From: Bacillota bacterium
GTDB taxonomy: Bacteria; Bacillota; UBA5301; JAMCQP01
Assembly (NCBI GenBank): GCA_023381695.1
Contig: JAMCQP010000034.1
Span: 72,617-136,616 of the forward strand
Direction: 5' to 3'
Length of the DNA stretch: 64,000 bases
The notes under the pieces were generated by a model, which was not told the origin of the DNA, made no database searches, and saw nothing but the letters and a program-made list of their open reading frames with translations. This document shows, in pieces, positions 1-9,156 of the stretch. Made by a program: the position numbers and the translations under genes. The stretch's first letter is position 1. Each line of letters begins with the position of its first letter.

Positions 1-570
1 GCCTTCCGGGACGAGGAATTGGCCCGGCAGGCGGGCGGTTTTCTGGTTCCTTATGAAGGTTTTCTAACTTACGGCGGCCTGGCGGGCCGCGACCTGGAAG
101 CGCTGGCCATCGGGCTGGAGGAGGCGCTGGACCCCGATTACCTCCGGTACCGGATCGAGCAGGTGCGGTACCTGGGCGAGGGATTGCGGGAAATTGGCGT
201 CCCCATCCAGCAGCCGGTCGGGGGCCACGCGGTCTTTGTGGATGTCAAGCGCTTTTTGCCGCACATTCCCCCGCACCAGTTTCCGGCGCAGTCTTTGACC
301 GTGGAACTCTACCGGGAGGGCGGCGTGCGCGGCGTCGAGGTGGGGTCGCTCATGATGGGGCGGGACCCGGAAACCGGGGAGCAATTGGAGTCCCCCTTTG
401 AATTTCTGCGGCTGGCCATCCCACGCCGGGTCTACACCGATCGCCACCTGGACGTGGTGGTGGAGGCTTTCGGGGCGCTGGAGGGGCGCAAGGATGCGAT
501 ACGAGGGATGCGATTCACCTACGAACCGGAGATCCTGCGGCATTTCACCGCGCGGTTTGATTGGGTCTGA
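1..570 (+). CDS. Tryptophanase / tyrosine phenol-lyase family (beta-eliminating lyase), C-terminal part; 5' end lies outside the window
   Basis: The frame is open from base 1. The translation ([69 protein letters not shown]) matches my memory of the C-terminal third of TnaA/TPL. I cannot separate Trp from Tyr specificity. Confidence 0.85.
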   Translation, partial: AFRDEELARQAGGFLVPYEGFLTYGGLAGRDLEALAIGLEEALDPDYLRYRIEQVRYLGEGLREIGVPIQQPVGGHAVFVDVKRFLPHIPPHQFPAQSLTVELYREGGVRGVEVGSLMMGRDPETGEQLESPFEFLRLAIPRRVYTDRHLDVVVEAFGALEGRKDAIRGMRFTYEPEILRHFTARFDWV

Positions 571-615
571 GTGAGATGTTCGGTCAAAGTTAATGATTAG
601 AGCCGGGTAAGGGGA

Positions 616-1167
616 ATGGTGATGGCGAGCATTCCAGAACTACTGAAAAGCGTTCTGCCTGAAAAGGAATATGCCCTTTTGGAGCGGCTTACCCGCGGCT
701 GGAAGGATAACCTGTTCCATTTTGACCGGAAGAGCGGGGAGTTTGAGCTCGCCGACGACTGGCTTTTGCGCTATGGGGCGGATCGCGAACAGGTGCTGGA
801 CCTTCTGCTAAGATCGTGCGAGGTCTTGAGCAGCAGGGTCGCGGAGCTGGACCAGAAGAGCCTGGGGCATGGCGGTCGGGGGCGGGGCGAGACGGAGGAG
901 TTTTCCCTGAGTTTTACCTTCGATGCGGGTGCGCGGGGATCGGCCAGAAGCGATCTTGCAGTGGCCGACAGGTTTGTCGACCTTCTGGTCCGGGACCCGG
1001 TTTACCGGCTGTCGGTGGTTGACGGGCCCAATGCAAAAATGGTCCGGGTGAGTTTTAGCTTTCGCAGCGACCATGAATTCTTCACGCGCAAGAACCAGGT
1101 CCAGTGGCTGCTGGAGACCGCGCGGCGCCTCTCGTCGGATTCCCCTTTCGGCGGGACGAAGCTGTGA
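616..1167 (+). CDS. Hypothetical protein (183 aa), no recognised domain
   Basis: Long ORF starting 46 nt after the upstream stop, with GGGG upstream of the ATG. The competing antisense ORF is shorter and low-complexity. I recognise no motif. Confidence 0.5.
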   Translation: MVMASIPELLKSVLPEKEYALLERLTRGWKDNLFHFDRKSGEFELADDWLLRYGADREQVLDLLLRSCEVLSSRVAELDQKSLGHGGRGRGETEEFSLSFTFDAGARGSARSDLAVADRFVDLLVRDPVYRLSVVDGPNAKMVRVSFSFRSDHEFFTRKNQVQWLLETARRLSSDSPFGGTKL

Positions 1168-1378
1168 GGGCGTGATCCGAACTGTAATGAAATATGGTTT
1201 GCGGTTTTATATAGGTACTATTTCGGTATTTATTCCTTTGCAAAGAAGGACTTTACCAAACTTTGCCGAACAGATCCATTGTTGTTTGTATAGAGGTTGG
1301 GGGAAGAGCGGCCTTCCTTGGGACGGGCCTATTGATCTGTCTCTTGGGAAGAAACAAAATCACAAGGAGGCAGGTAAA

Positions 1379-1768
1379 ATGGTTAAAAGAGTTTGCCTTT
1401 CTCTGGTTTTCATGCTGCTTATTGCTTCATTGTCCATGCCAGTGTTAGCCGTAGGCAATGGGCAGGTTCCTCCGGGGTTCGGAAAGAAGCTGGAAAAGAT
1501 TAATTCATTAGTTGGGGATGACATTGAACGTACAGTAACTCGTGCGGATCGGATCATGGAGGGCCGTAAGGATGGAACGGCTTTCAGAAATGCCGAAGAG
1601 CAGCTAGTGCGTCTGGCTTATGGTTTGCTAAGTCGTACTGGATATATAGTGGCGGCGATCCAGCGCGAGGCGGAAAGGTTAGGCATTCCATTGGAGGTTA
1701 CTTACATTCCGGTTCAGATCGGGAACATGATTGTGTTGGTAGATCCAATGAGGGTATGCGGGCATTGA
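1379..1768 (+). CDS. Small secreted hypothetical protein
   Basis: ATG lies 8 nt after an AGGAGG site. The N-terminus MVKRVCLSLVFMLLIASLSMPVLAVG looks like a signal peptide. The longer ORF-track start at 1073 overlaps the previous gene and lacks an SD. Confidence 0.55.
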   Translation: MVKRVCLSLVFMLLIASLSMPVLAVGNGQVPPGFGKKLEKINSLVGDDIERTVTRADRIMEGRKDGTAFRNAEEQLVRLAYGLLSRTGYIVAAIQREAERLGIPLEVTYIPVQIGNMIVLVDPMRVCGH

Positions 1769-1866
1769 AATATTTGGGTGGCTAGGGGGAGTCACAGCTG
1801 GAAGGCAAGGTAAGAGGGCGGGTTGAAGTTTTTAAAGCGGGCGAGTGTCTGGAAGTCGCTCATAAA

Positions 1867-2718
1867 GTGGCCACCCAACTTGCGCTTCTAGCGATAGGTA
1901 AGGATATTGAAATAATGGAATATACCATCGGAGCCGGTAAACGGGTTCATGTTGATCCTGGTCCCAAAGAGGGCTTTGAGTTTTTTTACATTTTGAGTGG
2001 GACCCTCTGCTGGCTCGATGGTCAAGAGGAAAAAAGACTGGGACCTGGAGATTATTTTGTTGCCCGGAGCATTTCACAAATTTCGCATTTTAAGGCTAGC
2101 ACGGAAGTTAAATTGTTATACATGTCTTCTCAGCCCGTGTTTGGCGCCTTGAGCAAGGAAATTCGCGAGTTAACTAAAATTGCCGGGCAAGTGGCGAAGA
2201 AGGATGCGTATACTTACGGCCATTCTGACAGGGTGGAAAGATATGTAACCAAGATTGGGGAAAAACTAAGGCTTTCTCAGCAAGAAATGGATCATTTGCT
2301 TGATTGCGCATTCTTCCACGACATAGGGAAAATAGAAATTCCGGACGAGATTCTTCAAAAGCCAGGAAAATTGACCGCCGAGGAATGGGAAACAATTAAA
2401 AAGCACCCCATTACCGGGCGAAATATGTTGCTCAACACGCCACTGGCGGACATTGCCGATATTGTGTCACAACACCATGAACGAATCGATGGTAAGGGGT
2501 ACCCAAAAGGGCTCAAAAGTGAGGAAATTTGCATTGAGGCCAAAGTTATCGCCGTTGTGGATGCTTTTGACGCGATGACTTCAAGACGTCCTTACCGCCC
2601 TGCCCGATCTCCCTCTGACGCCCTGATTGAATTACGTTCAAAATCAGGTACGCAATTTGATCCTGAAGTGGTGGAAGCATTTTCACAGGTTTTAGACGAA
2701 GAAGAAGCTTTGCATTAA
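1867..2718 (+). CDS. Cupin-domain / HD-GYP-domain protein (probable c-di-GMP phosphodiesterase or signalling protein)
   Basis: The N-terminal region looks like a cupin (EFFYILSGTLCWLDG, GPGDYF). The C-terminal region carries HD-GYP hallmarks (AFFHDIGK, HHERIDGKGYPKGL). Confidence 0.8.
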   Translation: MATQLALLAIGKDIEIMEYTIGAGKRVHVDPGPKEGFEFFYILSGTLCWLDGQEEKRLGPGDYFVARSISQISHFKASTEVKLLYMSSQPVFGALSKEIRELTKIAGQVAKKDAYTYGHSDRVERYVTKIGEKLRLSQQEMDHLLDCAFFHDIGKIEIPDEILQKPGKLTAEEWETIKKHPITGRNMLLNTPLADIADIVSQHHERIDGKGYPKGLKSEEICIEAKVIAVVDAFDAMTSRRPYRPARSPSDALIELRSKSGTQFDPEVVEAFSQVLDEEEALH

Positions 2719-2904
2719 AAAACAAAGCCGTTATAAACAGAAGAAAGAAGCTAAAAATTTACGATAAGGCCGAGCCCTCCCCAAAGGAGGGCTTAAAATA
2801 TCTGGTTCTTTGAATTCCTAATGCCCGCATAACGCCCTTCCGCCCCGTGCAAGCTAATCCTGTCTGATGGGGGGATGGGGGGATGAGATTCGGGGGGTGA
2901 AAAT

Positions 2905-4302
2905 TTGCTCACCAGGCGGGAATTCATCAAGCTTTGCCTGAGCGCCACCGCCTCCCTGACGTTATCCCAATCATTGGCTGTTGAAATCGCCAAAGCCTTC
3001 GCCGGGGCGAAGAAGCCGCCGGTAGTCTGGCTGGAAGCCTGCACTTGCACCGGGGACATCCTCTCCTTTGCCAACACGATTAATCCCGACCTGGGGAAAT
3101 TTATCTTCGAGACCATCGACCTCCTCTACAACAACACCTTGATGAAGGCCCAGGGCGCCCAGGCCATCGAAGTGCTGGAGAACGCCCTGGAAAAACGGCG
3201 CGGTGAATACATCCTGGTGGTGGAGGGGACCGTCCCCACCCGTGATAACGGTCGGTACAATATCATCGGGGAGCGCAACGGGCATGCCTGGACGGCACTG
3301 GAGGCCACCCGCAGGCTGAGCGAGGGAGCGCAGGCGGTGATTGCCGCGGGCACCTGCGCGGCTTTTGGGGGGATTTATGCGGCATCTCCGAATCCCTCGG
3401 ACTCCAGGCCGGTTCATAAGGTGGTCAAGCAGCCGGTGATCAACGTGCCGGGTTGCCCCGCTCATCCCGACTGGTTGATGGGGACCATTACCCATCTGCT
3501 GTTTTACGGCCGGCCGGAACTTGATGCCCACCACCGCCCGAAGCTCTTCTTCGGGGAGACCATTCACAACCTTTGCCAGCGCCGTTCCTACTTTGACAAC
3601 AGCATCTTCGCCAAATACCCCGGCGACGGGGGATGCATGTATCAGATCGGGTGCAAGGGGCCGGTTACACATGCGGATTGCCCCAAGCGGCTCTGGAGTG
3701 GGGAGCATGTCAACTGGCCGGTTCAGGCTAACACTCCTTGCATCGGCTGCTCCAGCCCGGAATTTACCGACGGGCTTGGCCCTTTCTTTGTGCCGCTTCC
3801 CGCGACCCCTTTGCCGCGGATTACCACCACCGCCAACCGGGTTGGAGGAGCGGTGGCGGTGGCGACGGCCCTGGCTATCGGCGGGCATCTTGCGGGGACG
3901 GTGCTTACCGGGCGCCTGGGCAAGGGCGCCCAAACCGACGAGGACATTGCCGGAGTGGGGGCCGGTGAAGCAACTGGCGAAGACGCAAGTGGAAAGGAAT
4001 CCAGCGATTCCAGCGGGCAAGAGGCCCGGACCATGGAAGAACAATTCACGAACATTACCTCAAACGTCAAGAAGGCTCTCAAAAAGCGTTCATCCGTATT
4101 AAACTCCGCCGAGATAGAATCTGTTCCGCAAGTACCCAAATATCCCGGTCAAAAGCGCCGCCGGCCCAAATTTATCAGGCCCAGACCACTCCATTACTGG
4201 CCCAAAGATGACGGAACGCCAGATAAAGAGCGACGGGAAGCGAGACAGCCAAACGGGTCTTCCGAGCCCTCGGACAGGGGGGATGACGATGGCTCCAGAT
4301 AA
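2905..4302 (+). CDS. [NiFe] hydrogenase small subunit with Tat signal, C-terminal TM anchor and a long charged tail
   Basis: TTG start after a GGGGGGTG SD. Twin-arginine motif LTRREFIKL. Fe-S ligand motifs GTCAAFGG, PGCPAHPDW, GCKGPVTHADCP and PCIGCSSPEF. A hydrophobic helix (VGGAVAVATALAIGGHLAGTVL) is followed by about 129 charged/disordered residues. Confidence 0.85.
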   Translation: MLTRREFIKLCLSATASLTLSQSLAVEIAKAFAGAKKPPVVWLEACTCTGDILSFANTINPDLGKFIFETIDLLYNNTLMKAQGAQAIEVLENALEKRRGEYILVVEGTVPTRDNGRYNIIGERNGHAWTALEATRRLSEGAQAVIAAGTCAAFGGIYAASPNPSDSRPVHKVVKQPVINVPGCPAHPDWLMGTITHLLFYGRPELDAHHRPKLFFGETIHNLCQRRSYFDNSIFAKYPGDGGCMYQIGCKGPVTHADCPKRLWSGEHVNWPVQANTPCIGCSSPEFTDGLGPFFVPLPATPLPRITTTANRVGGAVAVATALAIGGHLAGTVLTGRLGKGAQTDEDIAGVGAGEATGEDASGKESSDSSGQEARTMEEQFTNITSNVKKALKKRSSVLNSAEIESVPQVPKYPGQKRRRPKFIRPRPLHYWPKDDGTPDKERREARQPNGSSEPSDRGDDDGSR

Positions 4303-5707
4303 AACTCTGGTCACCATCAACCCGGTCACCCGTTCCAATGGGCTTTTAAAGGTAGAGGTGGAGGTATCCGGCGGCAAGGTGACGGATGCCCGCTGCTCCG
4401 GGATCTTCTTCCGCGGTTTCGAGTTGATCCTCCAGGGAAGGGATCCCCGGGACGCCGGGTACTACGCGGAACGGATCTGCGGCATCTGTTCCACCGCGCA
4501 TGCCACCGCGGCAGCCATGGCCCTGGAGGACGCCGCCAAGATCCAGGTCAGCGACAATGCGGTGTTGCTGCGCAACCTGATCTTTGGGGCCGACTTTCTG
4601 CAAAACCATCTCCGGCACTTCTTCTTCCTGGGGCTGCCCGACTACATCGACACCCCGGAGATCCCGCCATTTACGCCCCATGGAGCGCAGAGGGCGTCCT
4701 TGCCCAGGGCGATCAACGACCGGATGATGGAGCATTACCGGGAGTCTTTCCGGGCGAGCCAGATGGCCCATGAGATGACGGTGATCTTCGGCGGGAAGGC
4801 TCCGCATGTGCACGGGATTGTTCCCGGTGGGGCCTCGGTAAAGCCGACCATTGACAGGGTGACCCGTTTTGGTGCAGCTTTGGAGGAGGTACACCGGTTC
4901 ATAGTCGAAAAGTATCTTCCGGACGCCATGACGCTGGGTGAGTATTATCCGGAGGACTTTCAGCTTGGCACGGGTTACCGGAACCTGATCGCTTTCGGAC
5001 TCTTTCCGAAACCCGGCCACCCCGGCATCTGGACTTTCCCCCCGGGAATCGCCAAGGACGGGATGCTGGAGGAGGTTGATCAGAAGGCGATCCAGGAGGA
5101 TATCAAGCATTCCTGGTTTAGGGAGCAACCGAAACCTGAAAATCCATGGGAAGGAGTCACGGTTCCCGACCTCGAAAAAGAAGAAGGATACTCCTGGGTG
5201 AAAGCCCCCCGTTACCGGGGCATGGCCCTGGAGTGCGGGCCGCTGGCCAGGTTGTGGGTCCGGGGCGACTATCGCCGGGGGATTTCCACCCTGGACAGGG
5301 TGATGGCCCGGGCTCAGGATGCGAAGAAGATCAGCGAACACATGAAAGAATGGCTGGAGATGCTTCATCCGGATGCGCCCACCTATACCCCCTTTGAAGT
5401 GCCAAAGAATGCGGAGGGGATCGGGCTTACAGGAGCCATGCGCGGCCCGCTGGGCCACTGGGTGCGGATCGAGGGTGGACGGATCGCGCATTACCAGATC
5501 GTCACGCCCTCAGCCTGGAACTTTTCGCCCCGGGACGGCCGGGGGGTGCGCGGCCCGGTGGAGGAGGCGCTGATCGGCACGCCGGTGGCGGATCCGGCCA
5601 ACCCGGTGGAGGTGGGCAGGGTAGTCCGATCCTACGATGCCTGCCTGGCTTGCGGGACCCATGTTTTTGAACCGGGTCGCGGACTGACCGCTTTCCAGAT
5701 CTTTTGA
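4289..5707 (+). CDS. [NiFe] hydrogenase large subunit
   Basis: N-terminal Ni-binding motif RICGICSTAHA and C-terminal DACLACGTH, followed by a 14-aa extension. ATG 4289 lies 6 nt after a G6 SD and overlaps the small-subunit stop by 14 nt. The ORF-track start at 4208 is unlikely. Confidence 0.9.
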   Translation: MAPDKTLVTINPVTRSNGLLKVEVEVSGGKVTDARCSGIFFRGFELILQGRDPRDAGYYAERICGICSTAHATAAAMALEDAAKIQVSDNAVLLRNLIFGADFLQNHLRHFFFLGLPDYIDTPEIPPFTPHGAQRASLPRAINDRMMEHYRESFRASQMAHEMTVIFGGKAPHVHGIVPGGASVKPTIDRVTRFGAALEEVHRFIVEKYLPDAMTLGEYYPEDFQLGTGYRNLIAFGLFPKPGHPGIWTFPPGIAKDGMLEEVDQKAIQEDIKHSWFREQPKPENPWEGVTVPDLEKEEGYSWVKAPRYRGMALECGPLARLWVRGDYRRGISTLDRVMARAQDAKKISEHMKEWLEMLHPDAPTYTPFEVPKNAEGIGLTGAMRGPLGHWVRIEGGRIAHYQIVTPSAWNFSPRDGRGVRGPVEEALIGTPVADPANPVEVGRVVRSYDACLACGTHVFEPGRGLTAFQIF

Positions 5708-5731
5708 CGATGCCCGGATCCCTTTTTCACG

Positions 5732-6397
5732 TCAGTTTTGAGCCTTTTTGCGGGTGATGTACCCGGTGAACATGGCGGCGAGCTTATCCCAGTCCTGGGT
5801 GGTGGCCAGGTAGATGTGCGCGCTGCTGGAGGCGGCGATGGCCACCGCGGTGAGGAAATGGAGGTACCGCACATGGTTCAGGCCGCCCAGGAGCGCCGCC
5901 AGCCTTTGAAACCGGGCCGGAGCATATACGGTAAACCCTGTAATGATCTGGACGGCGATAAAGACCATCCAGCTTGAATAGAGGAGCTTTTGTAGCGCGT
6001 TATACTTTCCGCAGGGCGGCATAGTCTTGGCCAGGAAAAGGTAGTAGAGCATCATCCCGGGTATGGCGCTGATGTCCTGGATCTGGAACCAGACTTCGGA
6101 GTAGTAGCCGGTGGCCAGGATGTAGTAGAGCCGGAATAGAAAGACCGCCACCAGAAGATAGGCTGCTGTAAAGTGAACCAGCCGGGCGCTGTCCATGGTC
6201 TGAAAGCCCAGGTACGGGGTTGGGCGAAAGATATAAAAACCGCTGATGATCTCGGTAGTAAAGATCAGAAATAGGGCCAGGACCTGCAGCCTTACCCCGA
6301 GCGGCTGCCGGAGAACTTTCTCGGGAGAGGCTTTTCCTCCTGCAGGTTTCAGGCGGTTTGCCGGCGAACCCAAGTAACACCATCCTTCGGGGTACAA
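5732..6397 (-). CDS. b-type cytochrome membrane subunit (Ni/Fe-hydrogenase / formate dehydrogenase gamma, PF01292-like)
   Basis: Polytopic protein. The C-terminal half (NALQKLLY..ITGFTVY..LLGG..VRYLHF..SAHIYLA..MFTGY) resembles HyaC-type cytochrome b as I remember it. The start codon is uncertain (TTG at 6397). Confidence 0.6.
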   Translation of the reverse strand: MYPEGWCYLGSPANRLKPAGGKASPEKVLRQPLGVRLQVLALFLIFTTEIISGFYIFRPTPYLGFQTMDSARLVHFTAAYLLVAVFLFRLYYILATGYYSEVWFQIQDISAIPGMMLYYLFLAKTMPPCGKYNALQKLLYSSWMVFIAVQIITGFTVYAPARFQRLAALLGGLNHVRYLHFLTAVAIAASSSAHIYLATTQDWDKLAAMFTGYITRKKAQN

Positions 6398-6437
6398 CTT
6401 ACTGCGCCGGACATAGCCTAACCGCGGAATACCCGGG

Positions 6438-7100
6438 CTATTCTCCGCAGCCCGTTAACGCGGTTTTGCTGATATGGATAACCTTAAAGCCATGGTGCTC
6501 CAGTTCGGCCAGGATGGGTTTCTCAGCCTCGGTCTTCAACCGCAGAACAACATTGGCTTTGTTTCCTTCAGGAAGGGGGAAGACCGCCAGGCTGATAATG
6601 TTCACGCCCTTTTCCTTGATAACCTGCGTAATCTCCGCCAGAACGCCTGGCTGATCTTCGGCCTGGACGGTAAGCCGCAACCCGGCCCGCCGGATGCCCA
6701 GAAGCTCGATAAAGGAGTCGAAGATATCCGTCTCGGTGATGATGCCCACCACCTTGCCGTTTTCCACCACCGGCAAACCCCCGATGCCGCGCTCGCGCAT
6801 GAGAAGCGCCGCTTCCTCGATGGTGGCGTCCGGAGAGATGGTTGCCGGATCTTTGGTCATGGCTTCTTTGACCGTCATCCTGGAGATCAGGTAGTGAATC
6901 TCAAAGATGCTTAGGGAAGTGGCCGGTGACGGCGAGACCCGCATCAGGTCAAGCTGGGTTACGATTCCCACCAGCTTTTGCCCCTCGGTAACGGGGAGCC
7001 GCCGGATCTTTCGCTTTATCATCAGTTCCAGAGCCTCGGGAATCGGGGTGTTCGGGGTAACGCAGACTGGGTTGGCGGTCATGCGGTTTCGAACAAACAT
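6438..7100 (-). CDS. CBS-pair plus ACT domain protein (AcuB-like)
   Basis: Two CBS-like repeats (MTANPVCV..IRRLPV, MTKDPATI..IGGLPVV) precede an ACT-like C-terminus (LTVQAEDQPGVLAEITQVIKEKGVNI). Confidence 0.8.
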   Translation of the reverse strand: MFVRNRMTANPVCVTPNTPIPEALELMIKRKIRRLPVTEGQKLVGIVTQLDLMRVSPSPATSLSIFEIHYLISRMTVKEAMTKDPATISPDATIEEAALLMRERGIGGLPVVENGKVVGIITETDIFDSFIELLGIRRAGLRLTVQAEDQPGVLAEITQVIKEKGVNIISLAVFPLPEGNKANVVLRLKTEAEKPILAELEHHGFKVIHISKTALTGCGE

Positions 7101-7235
7101 GGGCTAACCTCCTCCTGTTTGGGTTCCGTTTTCTCTTTCTGTTAAAATACTACTGTTTCGGCCGTCTTCCTTTATCCTTTCTGAATATCGTTGGTTTATC
7201 GCGGCAAGTTAACAGGAGATTGGGGATGTGATAAC

Positions 7236-8150
7236 GTGCCTGAGTGGCCGGATCTGCACGTGCTGGCCGGAGCGTTCAACGAGCGGCTTCCGGGCCTGAC
7301 CATCGCGGGGGCGAAAGTATTCAATCCAATTGTGCTGAGGATACCGGTGGAAGGCGCTCTTGAAGAGCTGGTGGCGGGAAAGGTCCTTGGAAGCACGGAC
7401 CACCGTGGGAAATACCTGCTTTTCCACCTCAACGGCGGTTCCACTGGTCCCGATGATCCCGCTTGGACAGGGGCACAACTGCCCGTTTGGTCAGACACCC
7501 AACCGCCCGATCCAGCAGGAGCCCAACTGGTGGTCAACCCGATGCTGGCCGGGACATTTCAGTATTGCCCTGCCGGGGAGAAGAAGCCGCCCAGGACCTG
7601 CCTGGCCATTCACCTGGATAACGGTTATGACCTGCGTTACATTGATGAAAAGCAGATGGGCAAGGTATACTATCTTCCTGAACCAGGGTATATCAGGATC
7701 ATCCCCGGTTTTGCCGGGCTGGGCCCGGAAGCGAACCTGGCGGCGGTGAGCGCCGGGGAGTTTGTGAAAAAGGTCCGCGCCAGGCACAGCGACATCCGGA
7801 ATTTGTTGACGGACCAGGAATTTCTGGCGGGCATCGGGAATGCCTATGCCGACGAGATCCTCTTTTGCGCCAGGATCCATCCCAAGCGGCCGGCGCACAG
7901 CCTGTCCACGGAGGAAGCAGACAGGGTGTACCGGACGATCAAGGAACTCTTTGCCGAGGCCGAGGTCGAGATCAAATCCCATCTGGCGAAAGACCTCAGG
8001 GGAAAGGTGCGCCATTTCTTCAAGGTCCGCGGGCGGGAAGGAGAGTTGTGCCCGGTGTGCGGCACAAAGATTGTCCGGCGCACCCACGGCTTGAACGAGA
8101 TGAACTTTTGCCCCGGGTGCCAGCCTGCTCCCGCCGGGCACCTGTATTAA
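7236..8150 (+). CDS. Fpg/Nei-family DNA glycosylase / AP lyase
   Basis: A GTG start gives M-PEWPD, retaining the catalytic Pro2-Glu3 of the family. There is an H2TH-like region (FLAGIGNAYADEILF) and a C-terminal zinc finger (CPVCGTKI..FCPGCQ). Confidence 0.75.
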   Translation: MPEWPDLHVLAGAFNERLPGLTIAGAKVFNPIVLRIPVEGALEELVAGKVLGSTDHRGKYLLFHLNGGSTGPDDPAWTGAQLPVWSDTQPPDPAGAQLVVNPMLAGTFQYCPAGEKKPPRTCLAIHLDNGYDLRYIDEKQMGKVYYLPEPGYIRIIPGFAGLGPEANLAAVSAGEFVKKVRARHSDIRNLLTDQEFLAGIGNAYADEILFCARIHPKRPAHSLSTEEADRVYRTIKELFAEAEVEIKSHLAKDLRGKVRHFFKVRGREGELCPVCGTKIVRRTHGLNEMNFCPGCQPAPAGHLY

Positions 8151-8212
8151 CCAGGCTGGCCGTGAGACCGCATGGACTCGGTTGATGCCTGGTTGGAGCA
8201 CTGGTTTGGGGG

Positions 8213-8241
8213 TTGACAAAACCGGTGAATTCTTTTATAAC
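8213..8241 (+). promoter_or_regulatory. Sigma-A-like promoter (TTGACA N17 TATAAC)
   Basis: TTGACA at 8213-8218, a 17-nt spacer, and TATAAC at 8236-8241, about 60 nt upstream of the zinc-ribbon gene. Confidence 0.45.
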
Positions 8242-8299
8242 ATTCTTTGAAGCCTGTTTGTTGAATCTCGTTGAATCTTGAAGCCAAGGGGAGATCGTC

Positions 8300-8530
8300 A
8301 TGCCAACATATGAGTACCGGTGCGAAAAGTGTGGGCGGTTTGAGCATTTCCAGCGCATTTCTGAACAGCCGCTGCAAAAGTGCCCGCATTGCGGGGGGAA
8401 GGTCAAGCGGCTGATCAGCCAAAATAACAATGTGATCTTCAAAGGCTCGGGCTTCTACACCACCGACTACCGGAGCCAGGATTCCACAAAAGAATCCGGC
8501 GGGGATAAAGATAAGGCGGCCAGCGCCTGA
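8300..8530 (+). CDS. FmdB-family zinc-ribbon putative regulatory protein
   Basis: MPTYEYRCEKCG..CPHCGG is the typical FmdB/CxxC-CxxC N-terminus. An SD (GGGGAG) lies upstream. Confidence 0.8.
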   Translation: MPTYEYRCEKCGRFEHFQRISEQPLQKCPHCGGKVKRLISQNNNVIFKGSGFYTTDYRSQDSTKESGGDKDKAASA

Positions 8531-8561
8531 GACGGGTCCATGGAGGAAGGAGGAAGCACGG

Positions 8562-9134
8562 ATGCCGAAACTTGTCTGGAAACCGTCCACCCTCCTGTAT
8601 CCCGTGCCGGTGCTGATGGTTTCATGCCAGGGAAAGGGCGGAAAACCCAACATTATCACGGTGGCATGGGCAGGGACGGTCTGTTCAGACCCGCCCATGC
8701 TTTCTATTGCCGTGCAACCGCGGCGTTTTTCCTACCAGCTTCTCAAGGAAACGGGCGAATTTGTGGCCAACCTTCCCACGGAGCGTCTGGCCTTTGCGGT
8801 CGATTTTTGCGGCGTGCGCTCCGGCCGGGATGTGGACAAATTTGCGCATCTGAAGCTCACGCCGGAAAAAGCTTCTGTGGTGGGCGTTCCCATGATCAAG
8901 GAGTGCCCGGTAAATATCGAATGCCGGGTGCGGCAGACGCTGCCGCTGGGGTCGCACGAACTCTTTCTGGCGGAAGTGGTGGCGATCAACGTGGACGAGG
9001 GGCTCGTGCAGGAGACCGGGCGGCTGGATCTCGGCAAGGCCCGGCTCCTTGCCTATGTTCATGGCCACTACTACGGGATGGGCAAGCCCCTGGGCCACTT
9101 TGGCTTTTCCGTGAGAAAGCAAGGCAAAAAATAA
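8562..9134 (+). CDS. Flavin reductase-like FMN-binding protein (flavoredoxin family)
   Basis: LYPVPVLMVSC..NIITVAWAGTVCSDPPML..RRFSYQLLKETGEFVANL is typical of the flavin_reduct domain. Confidence 0.8.
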   Translation: MPKLVWKPSTLLYPVPVLMVSCQGKGGKPNIITVAWAGTVCSDPPMLSIAVQPRRFSYQLLKETGEFVANLPTERLAFAVDFCGVRSGRDVDKFAHLKLTPEKASVVGVPMIKECPVNIECRVRQTLPLGSHELFLAEVVAINVDEGLVQETGRLDLGKARLLAYVHGHYYGMGKPLGHFGFSVRKQGKK

Positions 9135-9156
9135 GCTCCGTAAGCACTACTCCGGT

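Noticed and set aside
2971-5491. Long minus-strand ORFs (2971-4044, 4346-5491) opposite the hydrogenase genes
   Set aside because: The plus strand carries unmistakable [NiFe] hydrogenase motifs. The antisense translations are low-complexity.
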